Shown in pieces: positions 1 through 11,670 of a DNA stretch of 21,051 nt. The notes beneath the pieces were generated by a model. The model had not been told where the DNA came from, made no database searches, and saw nothing but the letters and a program-made list of their open reading frames with translations. Both the position numbers and the translations under genes were made by a program. Within the stretch, counting starts at the first letter, position 1; the number at the start of each line of letters is the position of its first letter. Source of the DNA: Octopus sinensis (Eukaryota); assembly GCF_006345805.1 (NCBI RefSeq), contig NW_021824159.1:1-21051 (forward strand), in the 5' to 3' direction.

Positions 1-189
1 CGGCTTTTGTGTGTTTCTTAAATGGCTTATAAACTCCTTCCACGCTGCAATTGTTTTCGTTTCAGCACACGATCTCAGATCAAATTACTTGCTATGCGAG
101 TACATCTCCGTAATATATAATTGTGACTGGAAGTAAAATAACTTAGCAAAATAAATATAAAAATGCAAATCATCCTTTCTTTATTAAAT

Positions 190-415
190 AGCTTCTCTTA
201 ATTGTTTTCGTTCTGTGGAATTTCCACGGGTCCCAGTAGTCCTCAGTATTCTCCTTAAGAACCACATTTCTCATCTCTCCAAGCACTTTCTCATTTCTGA
301 TGTTATAGACCATGCCTCACTTCCATAAATTAACACAGGGTAAACCGAGCAGTTGAATATAAGGATCGTGGTGTTGATGCTCAGAATACCGCTTCCCAAG
401 ATGTTATACTGCTTC
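190..415 (-). mobile_element. RTE-clade LINE ORF fragment (post-RT C-terminal region), inverted relative to the rest of the element
   Basis: Minus strand reads KQYNILGSGILSINTTILIFNCSVYPVLIYGSEAWSITSEMRKCLE, then after a frameshift EMWFLRRILR. This matches the RTE C-terminal pattern (L.YG.E.W...EMW..RR.LR). Left boundary is approximate. Confidence 0.8.
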
Positions 416-670
416 GTGAGATTTCTTGGACATGTGATGAGAAAAGAGGGCCTGGAGAATTTAAAGATGACCGGAAAGATTAGAGGGAGAAGAAACAGAG
501 GAAGAAGTATGGTGTGGATGTCAAGCTTGACGAAGTGGCTGGAAGAAAAACGCATTAAACATCAATAAGTGGAACTGTTACAGAAAACATAAAACAGAAT
601 TCTAGCAGAATATATGATCACTTAGTATATTCAACATTCTAGGCATGGCACCTAGAAAGAAAGCGAAAAG
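416..670 (+). mobile_element. RTE-clade LINE 3' end (decayed ORF C-terminus plus short purine tail)
   Basis: One plus frame reads RFLGHVMRKEGLENLKMTGKIRGRRNRGR..WMSSLTKWL...ELLQKT*NR...MIT*...RHGT* (final stop 653-655), followed by aaagaaagcgaaaag. This resembles the BovB/RTE end (YFGH.MR...LE.....GKIEGRR.RGR..RW). Confidence 0.85.
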
Positions 671-687
671 TATGTGTATACATGTTG

Positions 688-725
688 TATATATATATAT
701 ATATGTGGTGTGTGTGTGTGTGTGT

Positions 726-774
<49 letters not shown>
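688..774. repeat. (TA)n(TG)n microsatellite
   Basis: Read directly from the sequence. Confidence 0.95.
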
Positions 775-776
<2 letters not shown>

Positions 777-857
777 TGCTTGTCTGTGAGATTCTGGAAC
801 TCTGTGAAGACAATGGACGGGAGACTATATGTCTTTCTGTAAAAATATACTTTAGAG

Positions 858-910
858 AAGCGGTTCTCAACTGGGGTCCATATGGCCCTTAGGGGTCTAC
901 ATAAGATTTT
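858..910. mobile_element. Possible hAT-like DNA transposon terminal fragment
   Basis: agcggttctcaactggggtcc resembles hAT/Charlie-type TIR starts (CAG.GGTTCTCAAC). No partner TIR or TSD was found. Confidence 0.25.
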
Positions 911-959
911 CTTGCTTTAAAACGTCACTTTTACGATTTCAATGGCTATCATTATAGCT

Positions 960-966
960 ATTATTA

Positions 967-1044
<78 letters not shown>

Positions 1045-1073
1045 TTATTATTATTATATTATTATTAATTATT
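960..1073. repeat. (ATT)n microsatellite, left flank or tail of the 1074-1626 element
   Basis: Read directly from the sequence. Confidence 0.95.
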
Positions 1074-1625
1074 GAGTGAGAGAGAGCAGGCATGCCATCA
1101 AAGTGACACTGGGGTAAAATATACGAAGCCCAATATACCCATCATGACTACCCGTCTGATAAAGGTACACCAGGCACATGCATCACAACCATATGTGCGC
1201 GACATGGTGATCTCATATCAAGATAAACAGCACATGACCTTGCAGGTGGGGCCCAGTTAGAATTTTCTTCTCAAGTTGAGTAGCCCATCCCGCTCAAACG
1301 GTCCCTGAATAAGGGTTGTTTAAGGATGTGAAAGAACCACCCATGTTTCCAGAGGTGAACTATTCAAACCCCAAAGAATCCCTCTCAACACATGGCTATG
1401 ATGCTCCTCCACTACTTCTGCCTGATCAGAGATGCACATATTGCAGCCACTAAGGGACATGCTCAACTGGTTAAGGTCAAACAACTGACAAGCAAATCGT
1501 GGTATGAGCAGAATATTTGCTGTAGCCCATCTTTTATACCAAGACAAAACAATGTACATGATAACACTTCGAATCAGTTAAGATCAGAAGCCATGAGAGC
1601 CACTGCCTGGTACTGCATCAGGGCA

Positions 1626-1626
<1 letters not shown>
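1074..1626 (-). mobile_element. Interspersed repeat inside an (ATT)n array; probable 5'-truncated non-LTR retroelement 3' region
   Basis: A ~550-bp complex, more GC-rich block abuts (ATT)n on both sides. The minus strand ends ...ctctctcactc-(AAT)n. I recall it as a common octopus repeat (unverified), so orientation and class are inferred. Confidence 0.55.
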
Positions 1627-1658
<32 letters not shown>

Positions 1659-1686
1659 CATTATTATTATTATTATTATTATTATT
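1627..1686. repeat. (ATT)n microsatellite
   Basis: Read directly from the sequence. Confidence 0.95.
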
Positions 1687-1696
1687 ACTCTATGAA

Positions 1697-1920
1697 GGCG
1701 GTGAGCTGGCAGAATCGTTAGCACGCTGGACGAAACGCTTAGAAGTATTTCGCCCGTCGCTACGGTTTCAGTTCAAATTCCACAGAGTTCGACTTTACCT
1801 TTCATCCTTTCGGAGTCGATAAATTAAGTACCAGTTAAGTACTGGGGTCGATGTAATTGACTATCCCCTCTCTCCCAAATTTCAGGCCTTGTCCCTATAA
1901 TAGAAAGGGATATTATTATT
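1697..1920 (+). mobile_element. tRNA-derived SINE (family A, tail type b), full length
   Basis: Head ggcggtgagctggcagaatcgttagc with B-box-like gttcaaattcc; core cctttcatcctttcggagtcgataaattaagtaccag; ends in an (ATT) tail. Homologous to other copies in the window. Confidence 0.9.
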
Positions 1921-1979
1921 ATTTCTCTATCTTTTGGTATTCGAGTAGCATTTTCCTCCTCGTTTTACACCAAAATACT

Positions 1980-2082
1980 CACACACATACACATACACAC
2001 AACACATACACACAACACATAAATACACATATCACACACACACACACGCATACATACATACATGCATGCATACACATATATA
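1980..2082. repeat. (CA)n-rich microsatellite
   Basis: Read directly from the sequence. Confidence 0.9.
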
Positions 2083-2310
2083 TTTCTTTACTACCCACAA
2101 GGGGCTAAACACAGAGGGGACAAACAAGGACAGACATAGGTATTAAGTCGATTATATCGACCCCAGTGCGTAACTGGTACTTAATTTATCGACCCCGAAA
2201 GGATGAAAGGCAAAGTCGACCTCGGCGGAATTTGAACTCACAACGTAACGCAGACGAAATACCGCTAAGCATTTCGCCCGGCGCGCTAACGTTTCTGCCA
2301 GCTCGCCGCC
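2083..2310 (-). mobile_element. tRNA-derived SINE (family A, tail type a), full length, young
   Basis: The reverse complement aligns end to end with 11236-11466, with about 10 differences in ~230 bp by eye. Confidence 0.93.
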
Positions 2311-2313
2311 TTT

Positions 2314-2354
<41 letters not shown>

Positions 2355-2708
2355 CACATATAGGCTCATACTTACACACATACAAACTGTACAAGATTCA
2401 AAACCGACATAATATTTATAACTAACATAATGTTTATAGCTGTTCCAGAAAGATCTCCAATTAGTCTACTCCTTCTTGCATCCGAAACCGAAAGTGCATA
2501 AATCTTAAAACAACTAAATATTAATACCGTCATCAATACGAAATGTCTTCTCCAGCCATGCATACAATAATGAGATGTTATTGTAACTTTTACGCTAGAG
2601 AGGCCATCAGCTGACAGAATATGGACTCCTGGGCTTGTTCGATTGTGTGAATTATTGAGTGCGAGTCTATTTCTGTTTACGTAGGATTATATATATACAT
2701 ATATTTAT

Positions 2709-4270
<1,562 letters not shown>

Positions 4271-4474
4271 TATGTATGATATGTATGTGTTGTTATATGT
4301 AGTATGTATGTATGTATGTATATGGATATATGGATGTATATATTTGATTACTTATAATAATATATATGCAGTGAATCAATAGCTATTCGTATGTGTATAA
4401 AATGAAACGAAGATCTACTCGTAAAGATGATATGCAGTGAAGTAGCATTTGATTAGTGTTGCGATACACACATA

Positions 4475-4622
4475 TTGGTTTCAAATTTTGTCACAAAGCC
4501 GGCAATTTTAGGGGAGGGTATAAACCGATTTCATCGACCTAGTGTTTGACTGGTACTTATTTTAATGACCCCGAAAGGATGAAAGGCAAAGTCAACCCTC
4601 GTGGAATTTGATATCAGAACTT
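4475..4622 (-). mobile_element. SINE family A (tail type c), head missing
   Basis: Core gaccccgaaaggatgaaaggcaaagtc and tail ttggtttcaaattttg.cacaaagccggc. Closely matches 4880-5027. Confidence 0.85.
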
Positions 4623-4798
4623 TGAAGAAATATGATTAGTAATGGAAGGGAGAGAACTGTGTAGCTACGCATTTGGCAAAAAAGTTCCCCCAATTTCATG
4701 ACTTTCTGCTTTACAATAAAGAACACGGGGAAAGGACGCCATTTTGAGCAAATCTTAGCAACTCCCCGAAAAGAGCAACTTTGCCCAATGCAGAAAAA
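4619..4798. repeat. ~180-bp duplicated block U, copy 1
   Basis: Aligns with 5756-5939 with about 15 substitutions and one 3-bp indel. Confidence 0.92.
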
Positions 4799-4879
4799 AA
4801 AGGTTTGTTTTGATAGTAACACCACTATCGCTGTCTTGGAAATGACTGTCAGCATTCCTAATTCCATTCTGTCGCCTAC

Positions 4880-5096
4880 TTGGTTTCAAATTTTGGCACA
4901 AAGCCGGCAATTTTAGGGGAGGGTATAAATCGATTACATCCACCTGGTGTTTCACTGATACTTATTTTAACGACCCCGAAAGGATGAAAGGCAAAGTCGA
5001 CCTTGGTGGAATTTGAAATTAGAACTTGGAGACGGGACGAAATGCCGCTGAGCAATTATTTTCCTGTGCGTTAACGTTCCAGATAGCTCGCCGTCC
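4880..5096 (-). mobile_element. SINE family A (tail type c), full length, diverged
   Basis: Tail, core and head (...ttaacgttccagatagctcgccgtcc) are all present. Confidence 0.88.
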
Positions 5097-5755
5097 TCAT
5101 GCGATTCACACATATTGACGAGAAATTAAATGCAATAACTGCGACGAGAACATCAATGCGATAAACAATAACAGCGATATTAAAAAGAACAATAGTGGAA
5201 GCAACAACAGCAACGACAACAACAATGGTGATATCAAAAACAAAAGAGTTTTTGTTTGTGTCACTTGAAATCCAGTGAATAATACAGAACTTGGAAGGAA
5301 AAGATTTCTTTGTAGTGGAACCCTGTAGGTTATGAGTCTTATATATTAGGAAGTAAACGAAATAAAACAATTGTCTATAATTCCGACAACAGAAGAAAGA
5401 ATAGCCCAGCAATGCGCAAATTGAAAACTGTTTACGAGAAGTTTGATGCAAAATAAGGTGTGTGATAAATAGAAGAGAGCATGCGTTGTTTGTGCCACGA
5501 GATGTTGATTATGATAGCAACCACGAGCATTTACGTAACTCAAGAATGTATTTCTTTGTAAAAGGGGAAAGTGGCAAAAATAACATTTCAAAAATACTCA
5601 TAAAGAAGTATAGCAATAATGGAGGATAGGTTTGGGGAGGAAATGGGCTTAATGCCAATTGCCCAACAAAACAAAGCGGATATGTTGTTGAAGTGTAAAA
5701 TGTTGGTCACATATGAAGAACGTGGAATCCATCATCGACCATTTTGTTTTCGAGG

Positions 5756-5939
5756 ACTTTGAAGAAATATGAGTAGTAATGGAAGCGAGAGAACTGTGTT
5801 CCTACGCATTTGGCATAAAAGTCTCCACAATTTCATGACTTTCTGCTTTACAATAAAGAACGTGGAGAAAGGACGCCATTCTGAGTAAATGTTAGCAACT
5901 CCCCGAAAAGAGCAGCAACTTTGCCCATTGCAGAAAAAA
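5756..5939. repeat. ~180-bp duplicated block U, copy 2
   Basis: Aligns with 4619-4798. Confidence 0.92.
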
Positions 5940-6019
5940 CAACAATAGCAAAAACAAGAACTAAAGTATCCAGGACAACTCGTGAACAAGTTTCCCCATT
6001 ATCACCATCAATTACAACA

Positions 6020-6190
6020 TCAGTGGTAGGGCAGCAGACTCGCGGTCGTAAGAACGCGGTTTCGATTCCCAGACCGGGTATTGTGAGTGTTTATTGAGCA
6101 AAAACATCTAAGCTCCACAAGCTCCGGCTGGGGTGGGTAGTGAACTCCGCTGTACTCTTTCACCACAACTTTCTCTCACTCTTTCTTCCT
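6020..6190 (+). mobile_element. Second tRNA-derived SINE family (family B), 3'-truncated
   Basis: A-box-like tcagtggtagggcagc and B-box-like ggtttcgattccc, followed by a non-tRNA body. Possibly one of the described octopus OR/OK SINEs (unverified). Confidence 0.7.
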
Positions 6191-6195
6191 ACTTC

Positions 6196-6391
6196 TGCTT
6201 AGCGATATTTCGTCTGCCGTTACGTTCTGAGTTGAAATTCCGCCGAGGTCGACTTAGCTGTTCATCCTTTCGGGGGTCAATAAATTAAGTACTAGTTACG
6301 CACTTGGGGTCGATGTAATTGACTTAATACCTTTTTGTCTGTCCTTGTTTGTCCCCTCTATCTTTAGCCTCTTGTGGGCAATAAAGAAATA
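6196..6391 (+). mobile_element. SINE family A (tail type a), 5'-truncated
   Basis: Aligns with 11276-11466 and ends aataaagaaata. Confidence 0.88.
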
Positions 6392-6604
6392 AGAATCGTT
6401 AGCACGCCGGGAGAAAATGCTTAGCGGCATTTCGTCCATTTTCACGTTCTGAGCTCAAATTTCGCCGAGGTCGACTTTGCCTTTCATCTTTTTGGGGGTC
6501 GATAAAAAGAGTATCATTTGGTCACTAGGGTCGATGTAATCATCTTACCGCTTCCCTGGAAGTTGCTAGTCCTGTGCTAAAAGTTTGAAATCATTATCAT
6601 TATC
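6392..6604 (+). mobile_element. SINE family A (tail type c-like), fused head-to-tail to the previous copy
   Basis: Starts agaatcgttagcacgcc immediately after the previous tail; core present; ends gtttgaaatcattatcattatc. Confidence 0.85.
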
Positions 6605-7337
6605 AAAGATGGTGGCGATATCGGTGTTGTTGTTGATGACGTTGATGTCGGTGCTATTATTCATAGTACTACTATGGTGATATAATATTAAGTAAATAAA
6701 TGTACTTTATCGTACTTTCTTTATATTTATCAGTTTTTGTTTTGTTTTTGGAATTTTTTTCCTTTTCGTCCATTTTCCTTTTTTCTTTTCTTTTTTTTTG
6801 TTGTCTTTGTACTTTTTGTTTTAGATTTTCTTCACGATTTTCTCCGCCGTTTCAGACAATACACGAAATGCTGGCGAGAGACATTTAAGTAATCCAATCG
6901 AAATTCCTGCAAACATCACGAACGCTGCCAAAATTTACAAAGACGCATACAAACGCACGCACCCATATATGCATACACATACACATACACATACCCATAC
7001 ACATTAGACTGGCATATATACGCGTACAGACAGGACATAGACACGGCCACACGCAAATAAAATATAACAAATAATAATAATAATAAAAAGAGTAAACAAG
7101 AGAGAAGAATACCAGCGAGCACTCGACATCACAAACAATGCAGAGACGACTAGAAGAGCTTATATGGACAAATGTATGTGTGGGACTATGTGTGTGTCTA
7201 TGTATATATATATGTATGTATTTATATAAACACCAACACACACACAATCATATGCATCTATATCTATCTATCTGTCTATCTTCCTATCCCTCTCTCTCTC
7301 TATCTCTCTCCTCCCACTCTCACCCTCTCTCTCTCAC

Positions 7338-7384
<47 letters not shown>

Positions 7385-7400
<16 letters not shown>

Positions 7401-7677
7401 ATGTGTGTGTGTGTGGTGTATATATCTATATACTTTTATATAGATATTCACAGACACATATTCACATATATATATGAATATGTGTGTGTGTGTGCTTATA
7501 TATAACATAGATATATACATATATGCATTTTAAATAAGCACTTATATATAATTTGCATATATGACTAGACACACAAACATATGTGTGTAGAGAGAGAAAG
7601 AAGGAAAGAAATATTTATTGATAGATAGAAAGATAGATAGATAGATATATAGATATAAAGACAGATAGATATGAGTA

Positions 7678-7715
<38 letters not shown>

Positions 7716-8029
7716 CTATATATATATATTAATATTATATATGTGTGGTGTGTGTATGTGGTGTGTGTGTGGTATATATATCTATATACTTTTATATAGA
7801 TATTCACAGACACATATTCACATATATATAGAATATGTGTGTGGTGTGCTTATATATAACATAGATATATACATATATGCATTTTAAATAAGCACTTATA
7901 ATATAATTTGCATATATGACTAGACACACAAACATATGTGTGTAGAGAGAGAAAGAAGGAAAGAAATATTTATTGATAGATAGAAAGATAGATAGATAGA
8001 TATATAGATATAAAGACAGATAGATATGA

Positions 8030-8065
<36 letters not shown>
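7385..8065. repeat. Tandem duplication, two copies of a ~355-bp unit
   Basis: The block tctatatacttttatatagatattcacagacac...gatatgagtat occurs at 7425 and 7781 (offset 355-356). Differences are mostly small indels. Confidence 0.92.
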
Positions 8066-8072
<7 letters not shown>

Positions 8073-8309
8073 CAGACACTTTTATACTCGTATGTGTGTG
8101 TATTTATATACAAATGTATAGACATATACACACGCAAGCACTTAATGTGAATATAATGACATTGTGTTTGTTCGCATGTGTATACAAGTATGTATGTTCG
8201 TGTATATATATATGTTTGTCTGTATGTATGTATGTGTGTATGTGTATATATGTATATGTTTATATATATATATATATGTATGATATATATATATGCATAT
8301 ATATATGTG

Positions 8310-8344
<35 letters not shown>

Positions 8345-8584
8345 GTGTGTGTGGTGTGTGTGTGTGTATACACATAGAGTTTACGTTCTTGTTTTTGTTG
8401 TTTCGTTTTCTTTTCTTTTGTTTATTTTCTGTTTTGTTTTGTTCTTTTTGTTTTTTGTCATTCATTGTTTCCGAACGCACACTTATATAAAACAATAATA
8501 TTATTATGGTGCACAATCTAAAGAGAAAGAACCAACAACATAACGGAAACAGCAAAATACAGAAAAACAAAAACATTACTGATG

Positions 8585-8779
8585 GCAATAATAATGATAA
8601 TGATGATGATGATGATGATGATGATGATACTAACAATAATAATAATGATAATAATAACATGAATAATGCTAATAATAACAATAGTAACAATAATAATAAT
8701 AACAATGACAATAATGATAATAATAATAACAATAATGATAATGATGATAATGATAATAACAACAATAATACCAATTACA

Positions 8780-8837
<58 letters not shown>

Positions 8838-8884
8838 TAATAATGATAATAATTATTACGACAATAATAATAATGACAATAATG

Positions 8885-8915
<31 letters not shown>

Positions 8916-8958
8916 CAATAATGATAATAATAATAATAACAATAATAATAATGACAAT

Positions 8959-9002
<44 letters not shown>

Positions 9003-9390
9003 CAATAATAATAATAATAGCAATAAAAATAATGACAATAATAAAGATAATAATAATAATCATGATAATAATAACAGTAATAATAATAATAACAATAATA
9101 ATAATAATGACAACACCAACAATAATAATAATACCAATAATAATAATGACAACAACAACAACAACAATAATAATAATAATAATAATAATGACAATAATAA
9201 TAATAATAGCAATAAAAATAATGACAATAATAAAGATAATAATAATAATCATGATAATAATAACAGTAATAATAATAACAATAATAATAATAATGACAAC
9301 ACCAACAATAATAATAATAATAATAATAACATAATGATAATGATGATAATGATAATAACAACAATAATACCAATTACAGTAATAATAATA

Positions 9391-9442
<52 letters not shown>

Positions 9443-9480
9443 TAATAATAATAATGATAATAATAATAATAATAACAATA
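8585..9480. repeat. ~900-bp compound (AAT/GAT/AAC)n array with internal higher-order duplications
   Basis: Read directly. The variant block at 9001-9133 recurs at 9190-9322, and the block at ~8737-8795 recurs at ~9338-9392. Confidence 0.95.
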
Positions 9481-9692
9481 AGCGTAAGGCTAGCAGCAAT
9501 AATGAAGATAGGCAATGTGATGCAAGAAACAAATAAACGAACAAAAGGAAGGAACAATCGTAGTGTTAATTGTGATGATTTTGTTGTGTGATTTTCGTCT
9601 GCTGTGTCTTTTCTATTATTTCCTTCCTTGCTCCGTCATGCCTGTTTGCGAATGTGTTGTTTGCGCGAGTAAGTATGTATATATATATATAA

Positions 9693-9730
<38 letters not shown>

Positions 9731-10389
9731 CTATACACGCTAATATATTTATATTCAGTTATATATATATATATATGTTTATATGTGTTGTTTTGATATT
9801 TATATGTGTATGTATGTATGCATTTATGTATGTATGTACGTATGAACGTATGTATCTATCTATGTATGTATCTATGTAATTTATGTCTGTATGTATACGT
9901 AATAGAGACTTGGACAAATAGAATCTTTCAGATAGGATATTCTATATTTGTCAGTTTAGAATTTCAATAACAATTTATTCCAGTGTAAACACGAATAACA
10001 GTAACTATAGTGAGAAGGAAATTTTGTAAATGCCTTTACGTTTATATCTATGCGTTTAGGTTTATATGTATGTATGTATGTATGTATGTATATATGTATG
10101 TATGTATGTGCGTATGTATGCATGTGTATATGCACATATATGCATGTATGTATATATTTATGCATGCATGCAAGCATGTATGCATGTATGTATGTATATA
10201 CTCCGGTATGTGTTTTCTTCATATGAGCGTCTGCACCTGTATATATATATAGATAGATATATAGATATACTAAGATGTATACATGGATTTATATGTAACT
10301 ATACACATATATTTATACATATATATTCACATATATATATATTTAAAGCTGCATGAGTATATATTGGATTTTCTGCTGCTTTAAATAAA

Positions 10390-10448
<59 letters not shown>

Positions 10449-10450
10449 AG

Positions 10451-10660
10451 GAAAAATTATAAAAAGGCAGAATGTTAAATTGAAGGTAAATTTTAATGAA
10501 AATGGGTGAATAGAAAATTTTTTTTTAATTTAAAAAAAAATATTAACTCTAACCAGTTTTCGTCGCAATTTTTCAAAAAAACTTTTTTTTAATTTTCCAT
10601 ACACCCATTTTCATTAAAATTTACCTTCAATTTAGCATTCTGCCTTTTTCTAATTTTTTC
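10451..10660. mobile_element. Fold-back / MITE-like element with ~70-bp inverted arms
   Basis: 10461-10508 is the reverse complement of 10602-10649 with 1 mismatch in 48 bp. The arms extend to 10451-10519 and 10591-10660. Confidence 0.75.
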
Positions 10661-11235
10661 TTGCCTATCATTTTTCCACGTGCGGTCAACACAACCCCAC
10701 TATTTATTGATTTATTGATTTATATATATATATATACGTATAAATATACATGTGTGTGTATGTATGTACATGTGTATAGATATATGTATACATGTATATG
10801 TATTACACCGACATACACACACACACACATACATGTATACGTAGGTATGTAATATATATGTATATACATGAACTCACACTCACAGTCTATATTTATATGT
10901 ATATATACATGCATATATAGTTATGTATATTTGTGCTCTCAACACGATTGTCTTCAGACATGGAACCCAAAGTAAAGGGATGTGTCACGGTCTGAGCTAT
11001 TATATGCAATATTTTCTATAATCTAGGGTACTGAGATCTTTTCAATAATGCTTTTTAAATAATTTTATGCAGAAATACTTGCAAACCTATTATTGTGATT
11101 TGACTTCGAATATTTTTACCAAGTAATTTCTCTTGATTATAACTCTCCCGACTCCATTTAACTCTCCGTAAATGTTTTCCAGTGAAGGACATGGAGCGAT
11201 ATAGTCTTGTGCCAGTTTCGGTGCAGGTATTGCTT

Positions 11236-11466
11236 GGCAGGTGAGCTGGCAGAAACGTTAGCACGCCGGGCGAAATGCTTAGCGGTATTTCGTCTGCGTT
11301 ACTTTGTGAGTTCAAATTCCGCCGAGGTCGACTTTGCCTCTCATGCTTTCGGGGTCGATAAATTAAATACCAGTTACGCACTGGGGTCGATGTAATCGAC
11401 TTAATACCTATGCCTGTCCTTGTTTGTCCCCTCTGTGTTTAGCCCCTTGTGGGTAATAAAGAAATA
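11236..11466 (+). mobile_element. SINE family A (tail type a), full length, with target-site duplication
   Basis: Complete head, core and tail. aggtattgcttgg occurs at 11225-11237 and 11466-11478 (TSD of 11-13 bp; the ends overlap the element). Confidence 0.95.
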
Positions 11467-11552
11467 GGTATTGCTTGGAGAACAAAAGAGCTGTGAGAAC
11501 AAAATAGTGTAAGACAACTCGTTTGTCTTTCTCCAAAATTACTTCAATCAAA

Positions 11553-11670
11553 CACAGTTGGCTAGTAGTTTATTTACTGACCTCGAAACGGTGTATGTCA
11601 AACTGGCCTTCGCAACATTTGAACTCTGAGTGCTAAGTGCCGGAAGGAATACCACAAGGAATTCTGTCCA
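11553..11670 (-). mobile_element. Highly diverged SINE family A relic
   Basis: ttatttactgacctcgaaacggtg...aaactggcc...atttgaactctgagtg aligns loosely with the SINE core and B-box. Confidence 0.5.

Noticed and set aside
1-115. Sequence resembling a repeat end I recall from octopus genomes
   Set aside because: It is cut by the window edge, and there is no second copy or terminal motif here to support it.
2599-2646. Possible exon (RGHQLTEYGLLGLFDC or RPSADRIWTPGLVRL)
   Set aside because: Short pyrimidine tract, weak donor, and only anecdotal motif similarity.
4619-5939. Block U as a duplicated coding exon (frame FEEI*VVMEARELCSYAFG shows several synonymous differences)
   Set aside because: Both copies share four stops at identical positions in that frame. 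The minus frame that is open in both copies gives no recognisable protein.
6020-6075. tRNA genes here and at 1697, 11236 and 18153
   Set aside because: The A/B boxes run into SINE bodies, and I could not fold a convincing cloverleaf.
8506-9591. 361-aa poly-Asn ORF and the overlapping poly-Ile/Tyr ORFs
   Set aside because: They are translations of an (AAT)n array, open in several frames on both strands, with no domain or splice context.
9669-9674. Strong splice donor gtaagt
   Set aside because: No matching acceptor or reading frame upstream; such hexamers are expected by chance.
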